From the NCBI GenBank assembly GCA_951406725.2, contig OX597828.1:44702001-44766000 (forward strand): 64,000 nt of DNA, in the 5' to 3' direction. Both the position numbers and the translations under genes were made by a program. Below, piece after piece: positions 1 through 12,649 of this stretch; position 1 is the stretch's first letter, and each line of letters begins with the position of its first letter. The stretch comes from Octopus vulgaris (lineage: Eukaryota). Below the pieces are notes generated by a model. The model did not search any database, was not told where the DNA came from, and saw only the letters and a list, made by a program, of their open reading frames with translations.

Positions 1-113
1 TATCTATCTATATATCTATCTATCTATCTATCAATCTCTCTGCCTGTCTGTCTATCTCTCTCTCTCTATCTGTCTATCTATCTATCTATCTATCTATCTA
101 TAAACTTGTCTCA

Positions 114-163
<50 letters not shown>

Positions 164-250
164 GTCTATCTATCTATCAACTTATCTTTCCATCTCTTCT
201 CTCTCTCTCTCTCTCTCTCTCTCAATCTATCTATCTATCTGCATGTATGT
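1..250. repeat. (TCTA)n/(TC)n compound microsatellite
   Basis: Direct inspection of tandem tcta and tc units. Confidence 0.95.
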
Positions 251-367
251 ATGCCTGTAGATATCCAGCTGTGGAAACCATGCCAGAGTAGACATTGGAA
301 TTTGTGTGCAGCCCTCAGGCCTGTCTGTTCATGTCAAAATGTCCAACTCAAGCCAGAAATGAAAACA

Positions 368-875
368 GATACACACACACACACGTACAAACACAAGCAC
401 ACACTTACACACACACATAAACTCACAAACACACACATGCACATGCACATACAAACACACACACATGCATACACACACAAGCAGACACACATGCACATGC
501 ACACATAAACACACACAAGCACACACGTACATATACAAGCACACATACACACACATACACACAAACACACACACATGCATACACAAGTACACACACACAG
601 ACATACACACACGTACATACACATGCACGCACACACATACACACAAGCACACACACATGCACATGCACACACATACATACAAGCACACACACATACATAC
701 ACAAGCACACACAAACACACACACATACATATACCAGCACACACATACATACATGCACAAGCACACACACACATGCACATGCACACACAACACACACACA
801 TACATACACAAGCACACACACACACAAACACACACACACATACACGTACAAGCACACACACACACACACACAAAC
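368..875. repeat. Degenerate (CA)n-rich microsatellite
   Basis: CA/CATA/CACAAG units; source of the His/Thr and Val/Cys pseudo-ORFs. Confidence 0.95.
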
Positions 876-1375
876 ACTTCATTTTCCATCTACCAATTCC
901 TCTTACAAGGCCTGGGCCTATAGCAGAAGATACTTGCCTAAAGTACCATACAGTGGGACTGAACCTGCGATCCTGTAATTGGAAAGCAAACATTTTACCA
1001 TACTGTCACATATATACACACATATATGCATACATAAAGACACACACCCATACTTCTAAAGACCTAAGCTTATATACATAACACCCTAATTTTATGTCAT
1101 AAAATGTGAGAAACATAGAATTAATGCCAATTCTGTGTATTATTCCTTTCAACTATATTCCTCCAAAAATTTCTGATTTGGAATAAACTCAATTAACCAT
1201 ATATTTATTTGTCACGCATTGCAAAATGTCTTGTTTGCTTCCAAGTACCAAAACCATTTTAATGCTGATGGTTGTAATGATGCTGATGATGATGGTAATG
1301 TCATGTTTGTGTTCATGCTCTGACAATAATCAGAACCAGCTTCTTTTAAGGAATCAAGGCTTGACTTTATCTTAA

Positions 1376-1599
1376 CCCTTTCATTACCGTATTTATTTTG
1401 AGATGTTCTGTGTTTCTTCTTTCAATTAATTTTAAATAAAACGAAGAATTTAGTAAAATAACTTAGTTATTATTAAGCTAGTGTTAAGAACATAAATTGT
1501 GACTGAGGTTCAGTGGAAGATTTTAATTCAAAGCTTATGGAAATAAGACATTTGTACTCAGAGCCAGAGGCGGTTACAGCCGGGATAGTATCAAAAGAG
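1376..1599 (+). mobile_element. piggyBac-like MITE family 1
   Basis: TTAA at 1372-1375 and 1600-1603; degenerate TIR cccttt(c)attacc; homologous to the cleaner copy at 38540-38760. Confidence 0.7.
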
Positions 1600-1623
1600 T
1601 TAAAAATATCACGGTGACTTTAA

Positions 1624-1827
1624 CCCCATTGTTACCGTATTTCTGTTGAGATGCTCTGTGTTTCTTTCAATTAATTTTAAATATAACAAAGAATTTAGTA
1701 AAATAACTTAGTTATCATTAAGCTAGTGTTAGGAACACAAATTGTGACTGAAGTTCGGTGGTAGATATAAATTCAAAACTTATGGAAACAAGACATTGGT
1801 ACTATAGAGCCAGAGGTGGTTTCAGCT
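1624..1827 (+). mobile_element. piggyBac-like MITE family 1, adjacent 3'-truncated copy
   Basis: Near-direct repeat of 1376-1580, preceded by TTAA. Confidence 0.65.
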
Positions 1828-2249
1828 ATGACTCTGTAGTACTAAAAAAAACTCTTTGACTAAAAAAACCCTTTAAGGCGGTGCTCCAGCATGACCACAT
1901 TCAAATGACTGATACAAGAAAAACAAGAAAAGAATATGAGCAGTCAGAGAGTGTAAACCTCTGCCAATGCATTCAACGATTAGCCAAAGATGATTTTTTA
2001 AATGAGAATGGGGAATATCTGAAATAAAATCTTCAATGAATATCATGAGACCTTTTGGCTTTCTCTTCTCTTAAATTCTGGTCATTTTTTAGTAATCCTG
2101 TTGTTTTAGATCGATGTATAGAATTATGTATATATGTAACTATACTGTAAAGTGTTAAAATGTATGTATAATCTCCTAATATAGTAATGAGCATTGTGTT
2201 TTTTATAATTGTTTATATATATATATATTTGTATATATATTTGTACATA

Positions 2250-2466
2250 AGGCGGCGAGCTGGTAGAAACGTTAGCACGCCGGGTGAAATGCGTAGCTGT
2301 ATTTCGTCTACCATTACGTTCTGAGTTCAAGTTCCGCCGAGGTCGACTTTGCCTTTCATCCTTTCTGGGTCGATAAATTAAGTACCAGTTATGCACTGGG
2401 GTCGATATAATCGATTTAATCTATTTTCCCCCTCTGTGTTTAGCCCCTTGTGGGTAGTAAAGAAAT
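2250..2466 (+). mobile_element. tRNA-headed SINE family M (Meta-domain-like)
   Basis: GGCGGCGAGCTGG head, GAGTTCAA B-box-like motif, central GTCGACTTTGCCTTTCATCCTTTC..GTCGATAAATTAAGTACCAG; further copies near 25990, 38345, 48210 and 51974. Confidence 0.8.
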
Positions 2467-2485
2467 ATATATATATTTGTATATA

Positions 2486-3777
2486 AGTGAGGTGTCTGAA
2501 AAGTTTTGAGCCTCAAAAAAACAAAACATAGTACAAGACTTCTGACGATTTATTTTTCCACATAGTCCCCTTTGATGGCTGAACACTTTCTCCAGCGGTG
2601 CTGAAGTGCCATTATCCCAGCGCAGAGGAATTCTTTTGTTCGAGACTCTAAGAAACTTCCTACAGTGTCTATGACGTCATTGTCAGTGGCAAAATGGCAA
2701 CCAGCCATGGCTTCTTTCATTTTGGGGAATAGATGAAAGTCAAAGGGGACTAAGTCTGGCGAATAAGGTAGATGGGGAGCAAGTTCATATACAAAATCAT
2801 GAATTGTTGCCATGGCAACCATTGAGGTGTGGGCTAGAGCATTGTTGTGATGAAAAAGGACTCTTCTGGTGAGCATTCCTGGCCTTTTTTCTTTGATTGC
2901 TTCCTGGAGGCATTACAGTAGTTGAGAATAATACAGCCCTGTCATGGTGTGACCCTTTTCAAGGTAATCCATCAGCAAGACACCTTGAGAATCCCCAAAA
3001 ACTGACACCATGACCTTGCCAGCTGAAGGAATGACCCTGGCCTTCTTTGGGGTAGGAGAAGATGTGTGCTTCCACTGCTTTGATTGTTCTTTGGGTTCAG
3101 GTTGGTAGTAAGGAACCCAACTTTCGTCCATAGTAATGAAACAAGCAAGGAACTTCTCTTCATCAGCTTCAAACAGTTCCAGATTGCTCGTGGACAAAGT
3201 GCACCTGGTGTGTTTCTGTTCAGGAGTCAAAAGGCAGGGGACCCACCTTGCAGAAACCTTTGAGACCCAAGTTCTTTTGTCACAATGTTGTCTGTTCTTT
3301 CAGTTCAGATGCCCAGTCTCTCAGCTATCTGACGACATGATATGCGATGATCTTGCAATATCATACCAAGAGCAAGGTCAATGTTGTCCTCGGTGGTTGC
3401 AGTTGGAGGCCTCCCTGGTGTGGGTTCATCTTCCACACTCTCCCTGCCACGCTGGAATTCATTTACCCAGCGTTTGACTGTTGCATATGAAGGAGTATTG
3501 TCTGTTAAGGTTATCACCATATCTTCATGGATTTCGATGGAGTCATGCCTTTCAAATGAAGGTTCTTTATGACAGCACGATACTCAGTTTTCTCCATTTT
3601 CCTTGTAACCTCGACACTTGTTTATTCAAAAATCTGCAACAAAAAAAATCAAAATATCAGAATAATGAAAATGAGCAAGAATACTTCGAAAAGACTGTAC
3701 GTACCAGAAAAAATTGTTTCAGCTACCTAGCAGCCCCGTTTCTAGGTTAGGCTCAAAACTTTTCGTACACCACTCAT
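2486..3777 (-). mobile_element. Mariner DNA transposon, near full length (~1.29 kb), decayed
   Basis: Imperfect TIRs ...gaaaagttttgagcct (ends 2513) and aggctcaaaacttttc... (starts 3749), in TA-rich flanks, enclosing a transposase pseudogene. Confidence 0.92.
2550..3597 (-). pseudogene. Mariner DD34D transposase pseudogene
   Basis: HTH region PSYATVKRWVNEFQRGRESVEDE..GRP; WVP linker; TMDESWV; HHNNA (second D changed to N) 34 residues before the D of YSPDLVPFDFHLF; broken by stops and frameshifts. Confidence 0.92.
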
Positions 3778-3810
3778 GTGTATATGCATATATATGTATA
3801 TATATATGTT

Positions 3811-3853
<43 letters not shown>

Positions 3854-3861
3854 GAACATCG

Positions 3862-4815
3862 AAATAAATATAAATATCAATGGAAATAGTAGTTGTGATA
3901 CCTGTGCCAGTGGCACATAAAAAGCACCATCCGGACGTGGCCGTTGCCAGCGCCACCTCAACTGGCTTCTGTGCAGGTGGCACATAAAAGCAACATCCGA
4001 ACGTGGCCGTAAAAAGCACCATCCAAATGTGGCCGATGCCAGCGCTGCCCCGACTGGCTTCTGTGCCGGTGGCACATAAAAAGCACCATCTGAACGTGGC
4101 CGATGCCAGCGCCACCCCGACTGGCTCCTGTGCCGGTGACACATAAAAAGCACCATCCGAACGTGGCCGATGCCAGCGCCACACCGACTGGCTTCTGTGC
4201 CGGTGGCACATAAAAAGCACTATCCGAACGTGGCCAATGCCAGCGTCACCCCGTCTGGCTCCTGTGCCGGTGGCACATAAAAAGCACCATCTGAACGTGG
4301 CCAATGCAGGCACCGCCCCGGCTGGCTTCTGTGCCGGTGGCACATAAAAAGCACCATCCAAACGTGGTCCTTGCCAGCGCCTCCGCGACTGGCTTCTGTG
4401 CCGGTGGCACATAAAAAGCACCATCCGAACGTGGTCGATGCCAGCGCCGCCCCGACTGGCTCCTTTGCCAGTGGCACATAAAAAGCACTATCCGAACGTG
4501 GCCAATGCCAGCGTCACCCCGTCTGGCTCCTGTGCCGGTGGCACATAAAAAGCACCATCCGAACGTGGCCGATGCAGGCGCCGCCCCGGTTGGCTTCTGT
4601 GCCGGTGGCACATAAAAAGCACCATCCGAACGTGGTCGTTGCCAGCGCCTCCGCGACTGGCTTCTGTGCCGGTGGCACATAAAAAGCACCATCCGAACGT
4701 GGTCGATGCCAGCGCTGCCTCGACTGGCTCCTGTGCCGGTGGCACATAAAAAGCACCATACGAACGTGGCCGTTGCCAGCGCCGCCTTAGCTGGCTTCCG
4801 TGCCGGTGGCATGTT
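3862..4815 (+). repeat. 67-bp minisatellite (~14 units) from the RTE 3' UTR
   Basis: GGTGGCACATAAAAAGCACCATCCGAACGTGG recurs every 67 bp; 268-bp higher-order duplication. Confidence 0.9.
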
Positions 4816-5080
4816 AAAAGCGGACTCGCGGTCGTAGGATTGTGGTTTCGATTCCCAGACTGGGCGTTGTGTGTGTTTATTGAGCGAAAACACCTAAACC
4901 TCCATGAGGCTCTAGCAGGGGCTGGTGATCCCTGCTGTACTCTTTCACCACTCTTTCTTCTGTTGGCCTGCTCGCTTAGCCAGCGAGGTGGCGTCATTCG
5001 AAGGCTAAAAAAAAATCAATGCGAACGCATTGTGACCAGCGATGTGTAGCAACATCTGATGGTCTGGTCGGTCACGTGAT

Positions 5081-5088
<8 letters not shown>
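4815..5088 (+). mobile_element. tRNA-derived SINE-like element, 5'-truncated
   Basis: B-box-like GGTTTCGATTCCC followed by body, ending GTCACGTGATCACGTGAT then (AT)n. Confidence 0.5.
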
Positions 5089-5124
<36 letters not shown>

Positions 5125-5133
5125 ATCTATCTA

Positions 5134-5177
<44 letters not shown>

Positions 5178-5186
5178 TATATATCT

Positions 5187-5244
<58 letters not shown>

Positions 5245-5529
5245 GAGCTGGAGTGAGAGGTGAAGGTAGAGGAGATAAATGGTAAAGAGAGAGTTGCATG
5301 AATGAGAATGTAAGGGGTGATAGATGAATAACAAAGGAAGGAGAGAAAAAGCCGATAAATGGCGTTTGAAGTGTGTGTAAAAAAAAAGGTGTTTGTGTGT
5401 GTGTGTGTGTACAATGGGAATGGGATGGTGATGTTCAATGCTGAAAATGTGTTAGAATATATGTGTGTATATGTGCACATGTGCAAGAGAACTATGTGAA
5501 ACTTTACATACACATGTAAGGTAAAGAAA

Positions 5530-5730
5530 ATATAAAAAAATAATCCAGAATCCTTGTTCTGTGCCAGATCGATCCCAAAATCCAATCGATTTGTGCCATT
5601 TGTGGGGCCAAAATTCCCTGAAAGTTTCATCCAAATACATTCAGCGGTTCTTGAGATATCTTGTCCATGGACAAACAAACAAACACAACTGAAAACAATA
5701 CCTCCGTTTTGGCTAAGGTGGAGGTAATAA
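5530..5730 (-). mobile_element. Helentron-associated (HINE/DINE-1-like) element end
   Basis: Minus strand TTATTACCTCC...GGAGGT subterminal inverted motif, then (GTTT)n and GATATCTCAAGAACC..GATGAAACTT. Confidence 0.55.
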
Positions 5731-5755
5731 GAATTGTAGAAGTATAACCAATTTA

Positions 5756-6212
5756 TCTTTATATATAAAAGTGAAGTTGTGTGTCTGTCTCCTACGATTT
5801 AGATTCCTAACTACTCCCACATTTTGCGGTGCAGTTTAACCATAAGCGGGTATCATATAGTCGTGATTCATATCGAGCCCTTCTGGGTATTAGCGCGCGT
5901 CTACAATGAGTCTACGATTTAAAAAAAAATTACCATCATTTTTTTCCATTTTAATGCATTTTTTCGGTATTATATAAGGGAAGTAACTCTCTAAAAATGT
6001 CTACGATGAGTATCATATAGTCGTGATTCATATCGAGCCCTTCTGGGTATTAGCGCGCATCTACGATGAGTCTACGATTTAAAAAATAATTTACCATCAT
6101 TTTTTTTCCATTTTTAATGCATTTTTTTGCTATTTTTTGGCTATAACTCTTTAAAAATGCTTATATAGTTATTTCCCTTACAAACCCGAGCAACGCTGGG
6201 CGATACTGCTAG
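5756..6212 (+). mobile_element. Non-autonomous Helitron
   Basis: 5' TC; 3' hairpin CCCGAGCAACGCTGGG then CTAG; inserted between A and T; internal ~160-bp tandem duplication. Confidence 0.85.
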
Positions 6213-6914
6213 TTGTACATAAATTCTAACAATAAATCTTCATATGGAATCCCAAGGGCCTAAGGATCCAGGTAGAAAGCCACTGCTTTAAATGTTCATC
6301 AACCCAGTGAGTCTTTGAAGCCCTAAATATTTTGGGTGTTTGTCGGTAACTTTGTCTGGTCATGTTGCTTTTGAGCTTTTAAATATCCTTTTATTTCTTT
6401 TGCCATGTTAGAAATTAATGGATACAACTTTGGTCTTAGAGTGAAACGAAAAGTATATATTTTATCATTTTGTGATTCTGTCTTCTTCGCACGGCTTTTG
6501 TTGATTGATTTCTGAGAAATAAATGACAATCGCATTTGTTTGTTGCTCTACGTCAGAATCACTTCAGTATTTATAAATTGTTTCTATCAAAACAGATTTC
6601 GGTATGTCTGTTGCTGATGCTGTTAATTTTTATATAGATTGTGCTTGTAATTATTAGTCTTGTTATTGATGTGGGATACTAATGTTTTGCCAATATTTTT
6701 TTTTGTTTTTGTATAATTTGTTTATTGCTATTATTTTGCAATATTATTCCTTTCTTTAGTTGTTTGAAGTTGATTTTCATTCTGGTTGTATGCAGTTCCA
6801 GTGTTTAGTGTTTGATGTTGTATGTGTGTGGTTTGATGAAATTAGCTATTTCTGGTGCATAATTGGGTCTGTTACTTTCTTCACATTACTTTGTAGTATA
6901 TGTATGTATCTATG

Positions 6915-6957
<43 letters not shown>

Positions 6958-7002
6958 ATAACAAAATGAATGGTTTATGCCATCTTCCATCTTTCATTTA
7001 CC

Positions 7003-7099
<97 letters not shown>

Positions 7100-7160
7100 T
7101 ATATGTGGATAACAAAATGAATGGTTTACACCATCTTCCGTCTTTCATTTACCATATATA

Positions 7161-7543
7161 GATGCAGGAGTGGCTGTGTGGTAAGTAGCTTGCTTACCAA
7201 CCACATGGTTCCGGGTTCAGTCCCACTGCGTGGCACCTTGGGCAAGTGGCTTCTACTATAGCCTCAGGCTGACCAGAGCCTTGTGAGTGGATTTGGTAGA
7301 TGGAAACTGAAAGAAGCCCATCATATATATATATATGTATGTGTGTGTGTTTGTGTTTGTCCCCCTAGCATTGCTTGACAACCGATGCTGGTGTGTTTAT
7401 GTCCCCGTCACTAAGCGGTTCGGCAAAAGAGACCAATAGAATAAGTACTGGGCTTACAAAGAATAAGTCCCGGGGTCGAGTTGCTCGACTAAAGGCGATG
7501 CTCCAGCATGGCCGCAGTCAACTGACTGAAACAAGTAAAAGAA
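7161..7543 (+). mobile_element. tRNA-derived SINE family A (octopus OK/OR-type, CORE-like), full length
   Basis: TGGCTGTGTGGTAAG A-box, GGTTCAGTCCC B-box, CACCTTGGGCAAGT, internal (TA)n(TG)n, tail GACTGAAACAAGTAAAAGA. Confidence 0.85.
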
Positions 7544-7600
7544 TATATATATATATATATACATACACACACATACGCACACACACATATATATATACAT

Positions 7601-7637
<37 letters not shown>

Positions 7638-8227
7638 CATACATATATATATTTATAGCACGTATGTACAGCAGTATCTATATATGTAGGTTACTGTGTT
7701 GCTTAATTCTGAAAACACTGATTCTGCTTCTTAATTGGACTTGTTCCATTTTACGTTTTTTTTTTAAGTTAGCAAAAAAAATATGTTTTCAGTCTTTCTT
7801 GATATGCAATTTTTGCTGTGACAGTAACTGGTAGGTGGTCTTTACAAAACTGAAGAACTGTTAGGCATGTGTTAATTGCAGCTATATGTGTGAGGTATAA
7901 TGTGAGTTCTGGGGAAAAAATCTGATAGTTGGCATAGTGAAGAATCTGTATTGGTGTGGATTGTTTCGGATATAAAGAGAGTTTAATTGTGATGTTATTG
8001 TGTTAGGCCGTTTTTTTTTTTTCTCTCTGAACAATTTCAGTGGCTTAACATACCGGGTGGCTTAACATCACTTTCCTCTTCTCGGCGATGGGGTTTTGTG
8101 AGAATATCAAGGTGTTCTGTAGCTGAAATATGTAGCCAGGTGGAATTATTGCTGACAGCAGAGATTTGTATATATGTAGACATATGTGTGCACATTTATG
8201 CATATCATACATGCATGCATATAATCT

Positions 8228-8590
8228 TTTACTTGTTTCAGTCATTTGACTGTGGCCATGCTGGAGCACTGCCTTTAGTCGAGCAAATCGACCCCAGGAC
8301 TTATTCTTTGTAAGCCTAGTACTTATTCTATCGGTCTCTTTTGCCGAACCGCTGAGTTATAGGGACGTAAACACGCCAGCATCGGCTGTCAAGCGATGTT
8401 AGGAGGACAAACACACACACACATACATATACATATAAACATATATACGACTACTAAATTCACTCACAAGGCTTTAGTCAGCCTGAGGCTATAGTAGAAG
8501 ACACTTGCCCAAGGTGCCACGCAGTGGGACTGATCCTGGAACCATGTGGTTGGTAAGCAAGCTACTTACCACACAGCCACTCCTACGCCT
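8228..8590 (-). mobile_element. SINE family A
   Basis: Reverse-complement homology to 7161-7543. Confidence 0.85.
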
Positions 8591-8618
8591 ATATATATGT
8601 ATATATATATATATACAT

Positions 8619-8671
<53 letters not shown>

Positions 8672-8698
8672 AGCAACTCATTTATTTCTTTGCCACAT

Positions 8699-8758
8699 TT
8701 ATCACTGACGAAGGGAGGGTTCTTATGAACTAACCCTGAAATCGGTCCGATATGGTAA
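8699..8758 (+). ncRNA. Type I hammerhead ribozyme in a (TA)n-flanked PLE-like element (8671-8968)
   Basis: TTATCA-CTGACGA-AGGG..GTTCttatGAAC..CCCT-GAAA-TCGGtCCGA-TA-TGGTAA; stems I-III pair; predicted cleavage after AUA at 8752. Confidence 0.75.
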
Positions 8759-8966
8759 TAATGAAATTTTTTAGAAATTTCTGTCGACCTTTTTTGAGTA
8801 GCGTGCGTATTGTGAAAAATTATATGGTTATGGACAATGTGTCAAATTTCGGCATATTTGGCATTAGAAATTTTTCATTTGCCCTTATTTATGAGTTGTT
8901 TATAAATTTAACCTTTAAAGGTATTTTTTAATATGCTGGCTATTTATAAAATTTTTATCCTACATT

Positions 8967-9036
<70 letters not shown>

Positions 9037-9064
9037 GAAAGAATGTATATATATATATATATAT

Positions 9065-9310
9065 ATATAAATTAGAAAAAAACCCACCTTTTATCAATTC
9101 AACAATGAAAAAATTAAATTATACCATATAGAAAAATATTACATCCTATAGAAAAAAATTAAATATAAGATAAAAACATATACCAATGATTAAGTAATAT
9201 GCAAAATAATAAATAAAACGTATATATTTGGTAAAATGACTACAAGTGTTTCGTGGCTATATTTAAGAAATGATAACAGTAAAATCAATTCAATTTAAAT
9301 ATAGCCACTC
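9065..9310 (-). mobile_element. PLE-like non-coding element with truncated HHR
   Basis: Homologous to 36015-36270; keeps stem II GTGGCTATATTTAA/TTAAATATAGCCAC and GAAA but is cut before CUGAUGA. Confidence 0.55.
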
Positions 9311-9550
9311 TATATTTGCCTAACCTTGGGACATGAATTTACATAATACAGAAATTAAGTTTTTTTAATTGAAATTTTTAATTTTTGTGACTTTCTCATC
9401 ATTATTATTATAAGACTTGTTAGAAAATTAATTTTCCACCATGTGTAATATTTATTTAAAAAGATTTTATGGTCAAGTACAAAAGGAAGTCTTTTCCAAT
9501 GTTATACATGTATGCATATATGTACGTACGTATGTATGTATGTATGTATG

Positions 9551-10085
9551 TCATTGTTCAGTTTTATTTCAAGATTTCTTGCTAATAGAGAAAGAATCGG
9601 TTTCTAACCTAGATCCAAGGTTTCTCCATTAGAATTTCAACATCAACAACAGGGTATTTTTGTTTGTATGTATATATGTATGTACGTATGTATATGTGCA
9701 GATTTGTATGTTTTGTTTTATGTATGTATTCTCATGCATATAGTTGCATATCTAGACATATTTAAATGATAAACTTCTGGAAAGTTTCACAGATTTTTAC
9801 AGTTCCAGTGACATATTGGATCTATAGTCTTTGAATTAGCTTTTTTCCTTTCTGGTTTTGAAAAGCCTAATTTCTCAAGATTGGTATTTAGGCAGTGTGT
9901 TACATATCCCAGGGCCCCAATAATTACAGGTATAAACCTGAACTTGTAATCTGGATAGAGTAACTGCAGATTTCTCAATAGTCCAGTGTAGGTGTCCTCT
10001 TTTCCACTGACCTTCAGCCTTATGTTAACTAATTTCCACAACTGTACACAGTTTCTCTTCTCTATCCCAAATCCTTATATCATGT
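9551..10085 (-). mobile_element. 3' end of RLE non-LTR retrotransposon (R4/Dong-like family 2)
   Basis: DIRIWDREEKLCTVVE..KEDTYTGLLRNLQLLYPDYKFRFIPVIIGALG plus 3' UTR ending in (CATA)n; second copy at 61765. Confidence 0.75.
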
Positions 10086-10311
10086 CTGTTGGTTCTTTAC
10101 TTACTTTGGTAGAGAATACTCTCTCATTGAGAAAGTACTTCAAAGCCAAAGTTATTTTTTCTCGGAAAATTTCGGTAAGGGCAGATTTCACTGAGATATA
10201 AGCCTGACTACCACTACTACTACATTAATTGTTGTGGTTGTACTTGCTATTTACCATAGTCATAGTAGGGGGGCAATGGTCAATTACTTGAGCCAGTAAT
10301 GTAGTTTGGCT

Positions 10312-11147
10312 GGGAAGTACTATGGAATCTATTGGAATGTCGCTAGCTCTGAAACCATATGGCAGCTTTATATCATTCCCATTTTCGATTTTGTTTATAG
10401 AGTTGGGAAGAAGGTTAATTTTCGATTTTTTAAAATAAAGTTACAGTTACTAACCATCTTCTTATGTTCTACAAATGTTGCCTGTCAGCATAGTTGCTTG
10501 GCAGTAAAATGATTTAATTCTGGATGCAGATTGTCCCATTGTGATTTCGATTGATTCGTATAGCCAACAGCAGGATTTAATTTAACTTTTTTGAAGCAGT
10601 TAAATAGATCATTATTCAACTTATAACTTCAAGAGAAATGAGTTTTGTAAATACGGTTTCTTCTGTAACTACAGCAAGAAAGAATTTGGTTATCTGTTGA
10701 ACTGTTGTTTACATTCTGTTCCTCGGTTGAGTTGTTGTCGATGATGTGTCTAGCCATGTTGTCTGTAGTAACTCTCTGCATGCTAAATTCAAATTTCAGT
10801 CAAAAATCACCACAGTCATGAATAAAAGGTTCCCTCAGTTAATTCATCTGAAGATTAACCAGTTATTTAACTGTGTGTGTGTGTCGTGCGTCTGCTATAT
10901 TTCTTTATCAATATCGATAACGCAGCAATGCTGGGATTTCATTGGTTAAAATTCGAAGATGTTGGGATTTCATTGGTTAAAATTCTTAAAATTAAACTAC
11001 GTTTAAGTTACAAATTACAATTTTGTTTTCAATTTTGTTTACAATAATGTTTTCTTTTGACACATTCTACCAGTATATGAAGTTTCAAATTGTTTAGTTA
11101 ACTAGGAAAATCTGGCCTTCAAAATGAAAAGATTCCAAGGTAGCTCC
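10312..11147. mobile_element. Putative non-autonomous DNA transposon
   Basis: Imperfect TIR GGAAGTACTATGGAATCT / AGATTCCAAGGTAGCTCC; internal duplicated TGGGATTTCATTGGTTAAAATTC; no TSD seen. Confidence 0.4.
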
Positions 11148-11399
11148 AAAGTTGAAGACAGTGTTCATTGTATTTTCGATAAATAGTCTCCCACGACAAA
11201 TATGCAACTTGTCACTCTGAGATTGTGTGTGTGTGTGCATATATGTATGTATGTACACTAGACAATGTTGTATATGTTTGTATTCTACGCAATATTGTGT
11301 ATTTATATATGCAGGTACGTATGTATAATGATTGATGAGGGCTACTACATGAAACTCTTGGCCCTTGACTCACTCTGTTGCTTCTGCTAAATATTAATC

Positions 11400-11665
11400 C
11401 TGCCTGGCCCCCGTGCCGGTGGCACGTAAAAAGCACCATCCGTCCGTGACCGTCTGCCAGCTCCGTCTGGCACCTGTGCAGGTGGCACGTAAAAAGCACC
11501 CACTACACTCACAGAGTGGTTGGCGTTAGGAAGGACATCCAGCCGTAGAAACATTGCCAAATCAGACTGGGCCTGGTGCAGCCTTCTGGCTTCCCAGACC
11601 CCAGTTGAACCGTCCAACCCATGCTAGCATGGAAAGCGGATGCTAAATGATGATGATGATGATGA
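11400..11665 (+). mobile_element. RTE LINE 3' UTR fragment (family B)
   Basis: GAGTGGTTGGCGTTAGGAAGG..CATGCTAGCATGGAAAGCGGA followed by (GAT)n tail. Confidence 0.8.
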
Positions 11666-12084
11666 CTATAAATTGGACATGGGCAATCGTTCTATTCTTT
11701 CTTGTTTTGAGGTTCACAACCAAACGGCTGGGTGGATTCGCATGAAAAATAGTACATATGTGGAGACAGGTGCATAGATTGGAAGGCAGCTTGTATTTTT
11801 TTCCAACACCCCATACTTACCGAGAAAATTGATAAAAAATTTTCTATTGGAATTTCCCTCTTTCTTCTGCCATTAAAACAACCAGTTGCTTAGAAGCTGT
11901 TTTCTGATGGGGTGGGGGTCAGGTAATTTTCATATAGTTGGAGGCACCAATCGAAAGAGGGGACCCGAAATGATAAGGTTGACAAATGCTGTTATAGATT
12001 ATGCCTAACCGAAAACGATCACAGCCACATCATCCAAATAGACCAAGTGAAACCAGGCTTAGCTGCTCGTATATATATATATAT

Positions 12085-12290
12085 ACTGGTTCCTGTGCCA
12101 GTGGCATGTAAAAAGCACCCACTACACTTTAGAAGTGGTTGGTGTTAGGAAGGGCATCCAGCTTTAGAAACCGTGTCAGATCAAGATTGGAGCCTGGTGC
12201 AGCCTTCTGGCTTGCTAGTCCTCAGTCAAACCATCCAACCGATGCCAGCATGAAAAGCAGACGTTAAATGATGATGATGATGATGATACA
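12085..12290 (+). mobile_element. RTE LINE 3' UTR fragment (family B)
   Basis: Same motifs and (GAT)n tail. Confidence 0.75.
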
Positions 12291-12649
12291 CACACACACA
12301 TATAGCCACACACGCACACACACACACAATGTATATATATATATATATATATATATAGATGATGACAGTGATGATGATGCTGATGGCAGTGAAAATGATG
12401 ATGATGGTGATGAGAAATGATGAAATTCACCAATTGTTCATTTGTTGTTCTTAACTAAATAACTTGGTTTCATGACTAAAAAAAATTTTGTTACATTTTC
12501 TCTTCTGACCTCTACAGATTTAGGAGCAGCAAAATTCTAACTAATTGTAAAAAGTCACAAGAAAAGAGTGACAAGAATTTGTTGAGGAATATCATCGTCA
12601 TTGTCGGCTTTATATCATATTCGAAAATTTATTTTCTTCTTTGCTGAAC

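Noticed and set aside
329-1081. Long Cys/Val and His/Thr ORFs (also near 40300, 41400 and 57900)
   Set aside because: Translations of dinucleotide and tetranucleotide microsatellites
3902-4815. CRISPR-like array (constant block plus variable part, 67-bp period)
   Set aside because: The variable parts are homologous to each other, there are no cas genes, and the unit belongs to an RTE 3' UTR; same for 34855-35360 and 55857-56212
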